A DNA stretch of 64,000 nucleotides from Penicillus capitatus (taxonomy: Eukaryota > Plantae > Chlorophyta), in contig OZ287701.1 of the NCBI GenBank assembly GCA_965649825.1, positions 1,411,659 through 1,475,658 of the forward strand, read 5' to 3'. Positions 49,718 through 60,900 of the stretch are shown here, piece by piece. Under the pieces are notes generated by a model. It was not told where the DNA came from. It did not search any database and saw only the letters and a list, made by a program, of their open reading frames with translations. Position 1 is the first letter of the stretch. Every line of letters starts with the position of its first letter. Made by a program: the position numbers and the translations under genes.

Positions 49718-50916
49718 AAGAGACGCAATCTGCACCTTTTGAAGGTGAAGCCAGCATTCGTCATTCGTCCAATACAGAGGGTACGGAATCATATGACGAT
49801 TCGAGTAGCGACACAGTCCGGGGAACATCTGAGGGTGCAGAAGAAGGCGCTGATTGGAAAGAAGACAAATCAACAGCTGCACCTGACTCTTCCGAACAGT
49901 ATCCGGGTGCGAAAACAGACTTTGGGATCCGTGTAGCGAGTGAGCTGATCGAAGAGCCCGAGTACAGCACGTTTGAATTTGTCCGCGAAACGGTAAGAGG
50001 GTGATCGATTTGTTGAGCATAGTGATATGCTTAGGAATTGCTTTCGCGTGGGCGGAGTTCTTTGTCGACAAATAGTGAGCACTTTTCAAAACAGATGTCT
50101 GTTTGTTTTCAAAACCCCCTTTTATAATCTAACATGACGTTATGATTGCCGTCATGTTGTCGTCATGCTAATTGTCATGTTGTCGCTTCCTTGGTCGTTC
50201 GTTCTTCGGCCTGACAATATTCTTCTGTGTTACTTTCGCTTCTCGGGTTTTGTCCACCAGACAGCCTATACGATGCAAGATGTTATCTTGCTCCGCCAGT
50301 CTTGCCTTGAGTTCTTCGTTCTCCGCCCGTTCTTTCTTGAGAGCATCTCGCAGTCGAGAGATCTCCTGCATGAGTCTTGTCGTCTCCTTGGCACCTATGT
50401 CCATGTGTCAACGAAGCTTTCTGAAACAAAGAGAGGGGCACTTGCCTGCCGAACCAGAGTGGGTAGTGTTTACGTTGGTCACACTTACCGGCTTCCCTGC
50501 GGCGCAGTTTCCAGTTTCCATGTTCCCGACGACCGCGGCCACATCATCTGCCAGAACAACACAACACCGTTCAACCTCTGGGTTACGCCTATCAAATCCG
50601 AGCGCTTCAAGGCTCCGAACTCGCGCAACCTGCCACCATTCCACCATGCTGGGCCCCCAGCACCACGCCGGTGACCTTGGCGGTGTCACATGTCCGAGCT
50701 CGGACGTGCCACCGCGAGTTCCCGTTGGGGCCTGAACGGCCCCACGCGATACACCGCCCCAAGTCGGGGAGCCCATGGGCTGCAAACCTGTACGTGGATG
50801 GACATGGAACACTTCTAGGAACATCCCCGATGCAAAGGGAGAGTCGCTTGGCAGAGCTGCTGTACCTCCCGGAGCGCTAACGAGCTCGAGCATTCCACTG
50901 CACACCATCGGTCGGC

Positions 50917-51345
50917 CGGCGGAGGGGACAAGGGTCCCCCTTTGCTTCGCTTCCTCGCATCATCCGTCGGTCGCCGAGGGAACAAGGGTCCCCCCTTTGC
51001 TTCTCTTCCTCGCACCATCCGTCGGTCGCCGGAGGGAACAAGGGTCCCCCCTTTGCTTCGCAACCGTAGCAAATGTGTCAGCGCCGGAGGGAACAAGGGT
51101 CCCCCCTTTGCTCGCAACCGTAGCAAATGTGTCAGCGCAACCGTAGCAAATGTGTCAGCGCCGGAGGGAACAAGGGTCCCCCCTTTGCTTCGCAACCGTA
51201 GCAAATGTGTCAGCGCAACCGTAGCAAATGTGTCAGCGCCGGAGGGAACAAGGGTCCCCCCTTTGCTTCTCTTCCTCGCACCATCCGTCGGTCGCCGGAG
51301 GGAACAAGGGTCCCCCCTTTGCTTCTCTTCCTCGCATTATCCGTC
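50917..51345. repeat. Composite minisatellite at the array edge built from about 23-32-bp blocks (cgcaaccgtagcaaatgtgtcag; cgccggagggaacaagggtcccccctttgctt; ctcttcctcgcaccatccgtcggt)
   Basis: Direct repetition visible in the sequence. A shorter version recurs in every 1184-bp unit. Confidence 0.9.
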
Positions 51346-54300
51346 AGTCAGCGACATTTAAATTGTTACGACCCGCAGCCGCCGACGACTTTGGCGCCCG
51401 TTTTCAGTGGACAGCTGTCCGCCTTCGTGCAGCTGTCCAAAGAATTGCATAAATTCTTACAATTACTGTTCGAACAGTCTTCGTAATCCCTACGCATTCG
51501 TCGTTAACCCGTTGCCCGTCGACAAACACGACACCGTCCACCTACACTCGCGACGACTTCGCCGAGACATTCGTCCCCGTCCACCTAACCTACATCTATA
51601 CCCTCCGTGGAGCAAGCGGCGTGCTTCTACGAACCCATCATCGCGACTGTTGACGGGCAGCACGCGTCGAGGATCGCGTGCTCTCGAACGTCCGGATGCG
51701 ATCAGCTTCGGACCCGATCGGTCGACCGGAAGCGTCCATCGTCCACTCCGCGCGACCAGCAGTTGGTGTGCCGTCCTCTGCGACCATCCCGAAAACGACA
51801 GGCCGGTCACTGTAATCCGTCTCTCGGCTCCAAAACAGGGGGTAAAGCGACTGTGACAGGTGCCTCGGCCTCAGAAACACGGGGCAAGTCCGCCGTGACC
51901 CGGCCCTCGGCCTCAAAATCGGCAAGTGGGCTCGTGCAACCCGGCTCTCGACTCCCGAACAGGGGACGAGCTTCGGCGAATGAGAACGCGACTGCGAACT
52001 GGGGCTAACACGTAATGCCAGCATCGGAGCGCACCGTCCAGCTTTCTGCGACGTCTGTCCCGCGCGTGGAGCGACTGGTGGCTGCAATGGACTCGACTTC
52101 GATCATATCGACAAGCGAACAAGTTCCGAGGACCGCGTGCTCTCGGACATGGCGAACGGATTCAACTTCGGACCTCATCCGTCACTCGCCGCGACCAATT
52201 GGACGCATGCGCGAGCAAAGATGCTGGCGAAGTTTCTCGAACGAGCATCGGACATCGACCAGTCGATTTGGTGCAACGCGTTAGACCGGTCGCGTGCGGC
52301 GAGGCGACGAAGCCGTATGTACAACGCGGCGCAAATGTGTCAGCGCCGGAGGGAACAAGAGTCCCCCCTTTGCTCGCAACCGTAGCAAATGTGTCAGCGC
52401 AACCGTAGCAAATGTGTCAGCGCCGGAGGGAACAAGGGTCCCCCCTTTGCTTCTCTTCCTCGCACCATCCGTCGGTCGCCGGAGGGAACAAGGGTCCCCC
52501 CTTTGCTTCTCTTCCTCGCATTATCCGTCAGTCAGCGACATTTAAATTGTTACGACCCGCAGCCGCCGACGAATTTGGCGCCCGTTTTCAGTGGACAGCT
52601 GTCCGCCTTCGTGCAGCTGTCCAAAGAATTGCATAAATTCTTACAATTACTGTTCGAACAGTCTTCGTAATCCCTACGCATTCGTCGTTAACCCGTTGCC
52701 CGTCGACAAACACGACACCGTCCACCTACACTCGCGACGACTTCGCCGAGACATTCGTCCCCGTCCACCTAACCTACATCTATACCCTCCGTGGAGCAAG
52801 CGGCGTGCTTCTACGAACCCATCATCGCGACTGTTGACGGGCAGCACGCGTCGAGGATCGCGTGCTCTCGAACGTCCGGATGCGATCAGCTTCGGACCCG
52901 ATCGGTCGACCGGAAGCGTCCATCGTCCACTCCGCGCGACCAGCAGTTGGTGTGCCGTCCTCTGCGACCATCCCGAAAACGACAGGCCGGTCACTGTAAT
53001 CCGTCTCTCGGCTCCAAAACAGGGGGTAAAGCGACTGTGACAGGTGCCTCGGCCTCAGAAACACGGGGCAAGTCCGCCGTGACCCGGCCCTCGGCCTCAA
53101 AATCGGCAAGTGGGCTCGTGCAACCCGGCTCTCGACTCCCGAACAGGGGACGAGCTTCGGCGAATGAGAACGCGACTGCGAACTGGGGCTAACACGTAAT
53201 GCCAGCATCGGAGCGCACCGTCCAGCTTTCTGCGACGTCTGTCCCGCGCGTGGAGCGACTGGTGGCTGCAATGGACTCGACTTCGATCATATCGACAAGC
53301 GAACAAGTTCCGAGGACCGCGTGCTCTCGGACATGGCGAACGGATTCAACTTCGGACCTCATCCGTCACTCGCCGCGACCAATTGGACGCATGCGCGAGC
53401 AAAGATGCTGGCGAAGTTTCTCGAACGAGCATCGGACATCGACCAGTCGATTTGGTGCAACGCGTTAGACCGGTCGCGTGCGGCGAGGCGACGAAGCCGT
53501 ATGTACAACGCGGCGCAAATGTGTCAGCGCCGGAGGGAACAAGGGTCCCCCCTTTGCTTCGCAACCGTAGCAAATGTGTCAGCGCAACCGTAGCAAATGT
53601 GTCAGCGCCGGAGGGAACAAGGGTCCCCCCTTTGCTTCTCTTCCTCGCACCATCCGTCGGTCGCCGGAGGGAACAAGGGTCCCCCCTTTGCTTCTCTTCC
53701 TCGCATTATCCGTCAGTCAGCGACATTTAAATTGTTACGACCCGCAGCCGCCGACGAATTTGGCGCCCGTTTTCAGTGGACAGCTGTCCGCCTTCGTGCA
53801 GCTGTCCAAAGAATTGCATAAATTCTTACAATTACTGTTCGAACAGTCTTCGTAATCCCTACGCATTCGTCGTTAACCCGTTGCCCGTCGACAAACACGA
53901 CACCGTCCACCTACACTCGCGACGACTTCGCCGAGACATTCGTCCCCGTCCACCTAACCTACATCTATACCCTCCGTGGAGCAAGCGGCGTGCTTCTACG
54001 AACCCATCATCGCGACTGTTGACGGGCAGCACGCGTCGAGGATCGCGTGCTCTCGAACGTCCGGATGCGATCAGCTTCGGACCCGATCGGTCGACCGGAA
54101 GCGTCCATCGTCCACTCCGCGCGACCAGCAGTTGGTGTGCCGTCCTCTGCGACCATCCCGAAAACGACAGGCCGGTCACTGTAATCCGTCTCTCGGCTCC
54201 AAAACAGGGGGTAAAGCGACTGTGACAGGTGCCTCGGCCTCAGAAACACGGGGCAAGTCCGCCGTGACCCGGCCCTCGGCCTCAAAATCGGCAAGTGGGC

Positions 54301-57300
54301 TCGTGCAACCCGGCTCTCGACTCCCGAACAGGGGACGAGCTTCGGCGAATGAGAACGCGACTGCGAACTGGGGCTAACACGTAATGCCAGCATCGGAGCG
54401 CACCGTCCAGCTTTCTGCGACGTCTGTCCCGCGCGTGGAGCGACTGGTGGCTGCAATGGACTCGACTTCGATCATATCGACAAGCGAACAAGTTCCGAGG
54501 ACCGCGTGCTCTCGGACATGGCGAACGGATTCAACTTCGGACCTCATCCGTCACTCGCCGCGACCAATTGGACGCATGCGCGAGCAAAGATGCTGGCGAA
54601 GTTTCTCGAACGAGCATCGGACATCGACCAGTCGATTTGGTGCAACGCGTTAGACCGGTCGCGTGCGGCGAGGCGACGAAGCCGTATGTACAACGCGGCG
54701 CAAATGTGTCAGCGCCGGAGGGAACAAGAGTCCCCCCTTTGCTCGCAACCGTAGCAAATGTGTCAGCGCAACCGTAGCAAATGTGTCAGCGCCGGAGGGA
54801 ACAAGGGTCCCCCCTTTGCTTCTCTTCCTCGCACCATCCGTCGGTCGCCGGAGGGAACAAGGGTCCCCCCTTTGCTTCTCTTCCTCGCATTATCCGTCAG
54901 TCAGCGACATTTAAATTGTTACGACCCGCAGCCGCCGACGAATTTGGCGCCCGTTTTCAGTGGACAGCTGTCCGCCTTCGTGCAGCTGTCCAAAGAATTG
55001 CATAAATTCTTACAATTACTGTTCGAACAGTCTTCGTAATCCCTACGCATTCGTCGTTAACCCGTTGCCCGTCGACAAACACGACACCGTCCACCTACAC
55101 TCGCGACGACTTCGCCGAGACATTCGTCCCCGTCCACCTAACCTACATCTATACCCTCCGTGGAGCAAGCGGCGTGCTTCTACGAACCCATCATCGCGAC
55201 TGTTGACGGGCAGCACGCGTCGAGGATCGCGTGCTCTCGAACGTCCGGATGCGATCAGCTTCGGACCCGATCGGTCGACCGGAAGCGTCCATCGTCCACT
55301 CCGCGCGACCAGCAGTTGGTGTGCCGTCCTCTGCGACCATCCCGAAAACGACAGGCCGGTCACTGTAATCCGTCTCTCGGCTCCAAAACAGGGGGTAAAG
55401 CGACTGTGACAGGTGCCTCGGCCTCAGAAACACGGGGCAAGTCCGCCGTGACCCGGCCCTCGGCCTCAAAATCGGCAAGTGGGCTCGTGCAACCCGGCTC
55501 TCGACTCCCGAACAGGGGACGAGCTTCGGCGAATGAGAACGCGACTGCGAACTGGGGCTAACACGTAATGCCAGCATCGGAGCGCACCGTCCAGCTTTCT
55601 GCGACGTCTGTCCCGCGCGTGGAGCGACTGGTGGCTGCAATGGACTCGACTTCGATCATATCGACAAGCGAACAAGTTCCGAGGACCGCGTGCTCTCGGA
55701 CATGGCGAACGGATTCAACTTCGGACCTCATCCGTCACTCGCCGCGACCAATTGGACGCATGCGCGAGCAAAGATGCTGGCGAAGTTTCTCGAACGAGCA
55801 TCGGACATCGACCAGTCGATTTGGTGCAACGCGTTAGACCGGTCGCGTGCGGCGAGGCGACGAAGCCGTATGTACAACGCGGCGCAAATGTGTCAGCGCC
55901 GGAGGGAACAAGGGTCCCCCCTTTGCTTCGCAACCGTAGCAAATGTGTCAGCGCAACCGTAGCAAATGTGTCAGCGCCGGAGGGAACAAGGGTCCCCCCT
56001 TTGCTTCTCTTCCTCGCACCATCCGTCGGTCGCCGGAGGGAACAAGGGTCCCCCCTTTGCTTCTCTTCCTCGCATTATCCGTCAGTCAGCGACATTTAAA
56101 TTGTTACGACCCGCAGCCGCCGACGACTTTGGCGCCCGTTTTCAGTGGACAGCTGTCCGCCTTCGTGCAGCTGTCCAAAGAATTGCATAAATTCTTACAA
56201 TTACTGTTCGAACAGTCTTCGTAATCCCTACGCATTCGTCGTTAACCCGTTGCCCGTCGACAAACACGACACCGTCCACCTACACTCGCGACGACTTCGC
56301 CGAGACATTCGTCCCCGTCCACCTAACCTACATCTATACCCTCCGTGGAGCAAGCGGCGTGCTTCTACGAACCCATCATCGCGACTGTTGACGGGCAGCA
56401 CGCGTCGAGGATCGCGTGCTCTCGAACGTCCGGATGCGATCAGCTTCGGACCCGATCGGTCGACCGGAAGCGTCCATCGTCCACTCCGCGCGACCAGCAG
56501 TTGGTGTGCCGTCCTCTGCGACCATCCCGAAAACGACAGGCCGGTCACTGTAATCCGTCTCTCGGCTCCAAAACAGGGGGTAAAGCGACTGTGACAGGTG
56601 CCTCGGCCTCAGAAACACGGGGCAAGTCCGCCGTGACCCGGCCCTCGGCCTCAAAATCGGCAAGTGGGCTCGTGCAACCCGGCTCTCGACTCCCGAACAG
56701 GGGACGAGCTTCGGCGAATGAGAACGCGACTGCGAACTGGGGCTAACACGTAATGCCAGCATCGGAGCGCACCGTCCAGCTTTCTGCGACGTCTGTCCCG
56801 CGCGTGGAGCGACTGGTGGCTGCAATGGACTCGACTTCGATCATATCGACAAGCGAACAAGTTCCGAGGACCGCGTGCTCTCGGACATGGCGAACGGATT
56901 CAACTTCGGACCTCATCCGTCACTCGCCGCGACCAATTGGACGCATGCGCGAGCAAAGATGCTGGCGAAGTTTCTCGAACGAGCATCGGACATCGACCAG
57001 TCGATTTGGTGCAACGCGTTAGACCGGTCGCGTGCGGCGAGGCGACGAAGCCGTATGTACAACGCGGCGCAAATGTGTCAGCGCCGGAGGGAACAAGAGT
57101 CCCCCCTTTGCTCGCAACCGTAGCAAATGTGTCAGCGCAACCGTAGCAAATGTGTCAGCGCCGGAGGGAACAAGGGTCCCCCCTTTGCTTCTCTTCCTCG
57201 CACCATCCGTCGGTCGCCGGAGGGAACAAGGGTCCCCCCTTTGCTTCTCTTCCTCGCATTATCCGTCAGTCAGCGACATTTAAATTGTTACGACCCGCAG

Positions 57301-57956
57301 CCGCCGACGACTTTGGCGCCCGTTTTCAGTGGACAGCTGTCCGCCTTCGTGCAGCTGTCCAAAGAATTGCATAAATTCTTACAATTACTGTTCGAACAGT
57401 CTTCGTAATCCCTACGCATTCGTCGTTAACCCGTTGCCCGTCGACAAACACGACACCGTCCACCTACACTCGCGACGACTTCGCCGAGACATTCGTCCCC
57501 GTCCACCTAACCTACATCTATACCCTCCGTGGAGCAAGCGGCGTGCTTCTACGAACCCATCATCGCGACTGTTGACGGGCAGCACGCGTCGAGGATCGCG
57601 TGCTCTCGAACGTCCGGATGCGATCAGCTTCGGACCCGATCGGTCGACCGGAAGCGTCCATCGTCCACTCCGCGCGACCAGCAGTTGGTGTGCCGTCCTC
57701 TGCGACCATCCCGAAAACGACAGGCCGGTCACTGTAATCCGTCTCTCGGCTCCAAAACAGGGGGTAAAGCGACTGTGACAGGTGCCTCGGCCTCAGAAAC
57801 ACGGGGCAAGTCCGCCGTGACCCGGCCCTCGGCCTCAAAATCGGCAAGTGGGCTCGTGCAACCCGGCTCTCGACTCCCGAACAGGGGACGAGCTTCGGCG
57901 AATGAGAACGCGACTGCGAACTGGGGCTAACACGTAATGCCAGCATCGGAGCGCAC
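50917..57956. repeat. Tandem satellite I: about 6 near-identical units of 1184/1185 bp
   Basis: Identical ORF sets recur at 51205, 52389, 53574, 54758, 55943 and 57127 (offsets 1184, 1185, 1184, 1185, 1184). Confidence 0.97.
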
Positions 57957-60900
57957 CGGCTTGCTTTCTGCAACGTCCGTCCCCCGCGTGGAGCAACTGG
58001 TGTACTGCAATTGACTCGACTTCGGTCATTTCGACAGGTGAACCAGTTTCGCGGACCGCGTGCTCTTGAACATACGAACGCGTTCAGCTTCGAGCCCGAA
58101 CGATCGGCTGTCATAATTTATCGCGCACTGTGCGAGTCGAGCAACTGGTGTACTGCTTTTTGCGGCTGTCCCGAAATCGCCAAGTCGGTCACTGTAACCC
58201 GTCACTCGCCCTCAAAACAGGGGGTAACGCTAGTGTAACCCGAGCCTCGGCCTCAAAAACGCCACATAGGCCAGTGCAACCCGGCCTTCGGCCTCAAAAA
58301 CGCCACATAGGCTAGTGTAACCCGGCCCTCGGCCTCAAAAACGCCACATAGGCTAGTGTAACCCGGCCCTCGGCCTCAAAAACGCCACATAGGCTAGTGT
58401 AACCCGGCCTTCGGCCTCAAAATCGCCACATAGGCTAGTGTAACCCGGCCTTCGGCCTCAAAATCGCCACATAGGCTAGTGTAACCCGGCCTTCGGCCTC
58501 AAAATCGCCACATAGGCTAGTGTAACCCGGCCTTCGGCCTCAAAAACGCCACATAGGCTACTGTAACCCGGCCCTCGGCCTCAAAAACGCCACATAGGCT
58601 ACTGTAACCCGGCCCTCGGCCTCAAAAACGCCACATAGGCTAGTGTAACCCGAGCCTCGGCCTCAAAATCGCAACATAGGCTAGTGTAACCCGGACCACG
58701 GCCTCAAAACAGGGGGTAAGGCTTTCGTGACCGAGAACGTTTCTCTGAACTCGGACAATTACGTAATTTCAGCTTCGGAGCGCACCGGCTTGCTTTCTGC
58801 AACGTCCGTCCCCCGCGTGGAGCAACTGGTGTACTGCTTTTGACTCGACTTCGGTCATTTCGACAGGCGAACCAGTTCCGCGGACCGCGTGCTCTCGAAC
58901 ATCCGAAAGCGTTCAACTTCGGACCCGAACGTTCTGCCGTCGGCATTCATCGTGCACTCCGCTAGTCGAGCAACTGGTGTACTGCTTTTTGCGGCTGTCC
59001 CGAAATCGGCAAGTCGGTCACTGTAACCCGTCACTCGCCCTCAAAACAGGGGGTAACGCTAGTGTAACCCGAGCCTCGGCCTCAAAAACGCCACATAGGC
59101 CAGTGCAACCCGGCCTTCGGCCTCAAAAACGCCACATAGGCTAGTGTAACCCGGCCCTCGGCCTCAAAAACGCCACATAGGCTAGTGTAACCCGGCCCTC
59201 GGCCTCAAAAACGCCACATAGGCTAGTGTAACCCGGCCCTCGGCCTCAAAAACGCCACATAGGCTAGTGTAACCCGGCCCTCGGCCTCAAAATCGCCACA
59301 TAGGCTAGTGTAACCCGGCCCTCGGCCTCAAAACAGGGGGTAAGGCTTTCGTGACCGAGAACGTTTCTCTGAACTCGGACAATTACGTAATTTCAGCTTC
59401 GGAGCGCACCGGCTTGCTTTCTGCAACGTCCGTCCCCCGCGTGGAGCAACTGGTGTACTGCTTTTGACTCGACTTCGGTCATTTCGACAGGTGAACCAAA
59501 TTCCGCGGACCGCGTGCTCTCGAACATCCGAAAGCGTTCAGCTTCGGACCCGAACGTTCTGCTGTCAGCATTCATCGTGCACTCCGCGAGTCGAGCAACT
59601 GGTGTACTGCTTTTGACTCGACTTCGGTCATTTCGACAGGTGAACCAAATTCCGCGGACCGCGTGCTCTCGAACATCCGAAAGCGTTCAACTTCGGACCC
59701 GAACGATCTGCCGTCAGCATTTATCGTGCACTCCGCTAGTCGAGCAACTGGTGTACTGCTTTTGACTCGACTTCGGTCATTTCGACAGGTGAACGAGTTT
59801 CGCGGACCGCGTGCTCTTTAACATCCGAACGCGATCAACTTCGAGCCCGAACGATCGGCTGTCATAATTTATCGCGCACTGTGCGAGTCGAGCAACTGGT
59901 GTACTGCTTTTTGCGGCTGTCCCGAAATCGGCAAGTCGGTCACTGTAACCCGTCACTCGTCCTCAAAACAGGGGGTAAGGTTACTGTAACCGGGCCCTCG
60001 GCCTCAAAAACGCCACATAGGCTAGTGTAACCCGGCCCTCGGCCTCAAAATCGCAACATAGGCTAGTGTAACCCGGACCACGGCCTCAAAACAGGGGGTA
60101 AGGCTTCCGTGACCGAGAACGTTTCATGTGAACTCGGACAATTACGTAATTTCAGCTTCGGAGCGCACCGGCTTGCTTTCTGCAACGTCCGTCCCCCGCG
60201 TGGAGCAACTGGTGTACTGCTTTTGACTCGACTTCGGTCATTTCGACAGGTGAACCAGTTCCGCGGACCGCGTGCTCTCGAACATCCGAAAGCGTTCAAC
60301 TTCGGACCCGAACGATCTGCCGTCAGCATTCATCGTGCACTCCGCGAGTCGAGCAACTGGTGTACTGCAATTGACTCGATTTCGGTAATTTCGACAGGTG
60401 AACGAGTTTCGCGGACTGCGTGCTCTTTAACATCCGAACGCGATCAACTTCGAGCCCGAACGATCGGCTGTCATAATTTATCGCGCACTGTGCGAGTCGA
60501 GCAACTGGTGTACTGCTTTTTGCGGCTGTCCCGAAATCGCCAAGTCGGTCACTGTAACCCGTCACTCGCCCTCAAAACAGGGGGTAACGCTAGTGTAACC
60601 CGAGCCTCGGCCTCAAAATCGCCACATAGGCTAGTGTAACCCGGCCTTCGGCCTCAAAAACGCCACATAGGCTACTGTAACCCGGCCCTCGGCGTCAAAA
60701 ACGCCACATAGGCTACTGTAACCCGGCCCTCGGCCTCAAAAACGCCACATAGGCTAGTGTAACCCGGCCCTCGGCCTCAAAAACGCCACATAGGCTAGTG
60801 TAACCCGGCCCTCGGCCTCAAAAACGCCACATAGGCTAGTGTAACCCGGCCCTCGGCCTCAAAAACGCCACATAGGCTAGTGTAACCCGGCCCTCGGCCT

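Noticed and set aside
1-50900. Non-standard genetic code (TAA/TAG = Gln, as in some ulvophytes) as an explanation for in-frame stops
   Set aside because: Intact genes end in TAA/TAG and carry multi-kb exons free of them. The pseudogenes also contain TGA stops and frameshifts.
50917-51345. CRISPR-like alternation of a hairpin-forming ~32-bp repeat with ~23-bp spacers
   Set aside because: The 'spacers' are themselves repeated (only two or three types), the context is eukaryotic, and there are no cas genes. It is a composite minisatellite.
51700-51712. GGATGCGATCA, matching the start of plant 5S rRNA
   Set aside because: The match ends after 11 nt, with no internal A/C boxes or remaining 5S sequence.
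51363-51970. LTR-like start (TGTTACGACCC) and partial tRNA-Lys primer-binding-site matches (TGGCGCCCG; CCCGAACAGGGGAC) suggesting a tandem TRIM/LTR array
   Set aside because: The two half-matches are about 560 nt apart, the second is simply the diverged satellite anchor, and no LTR pair or polypurine tract could be defined.
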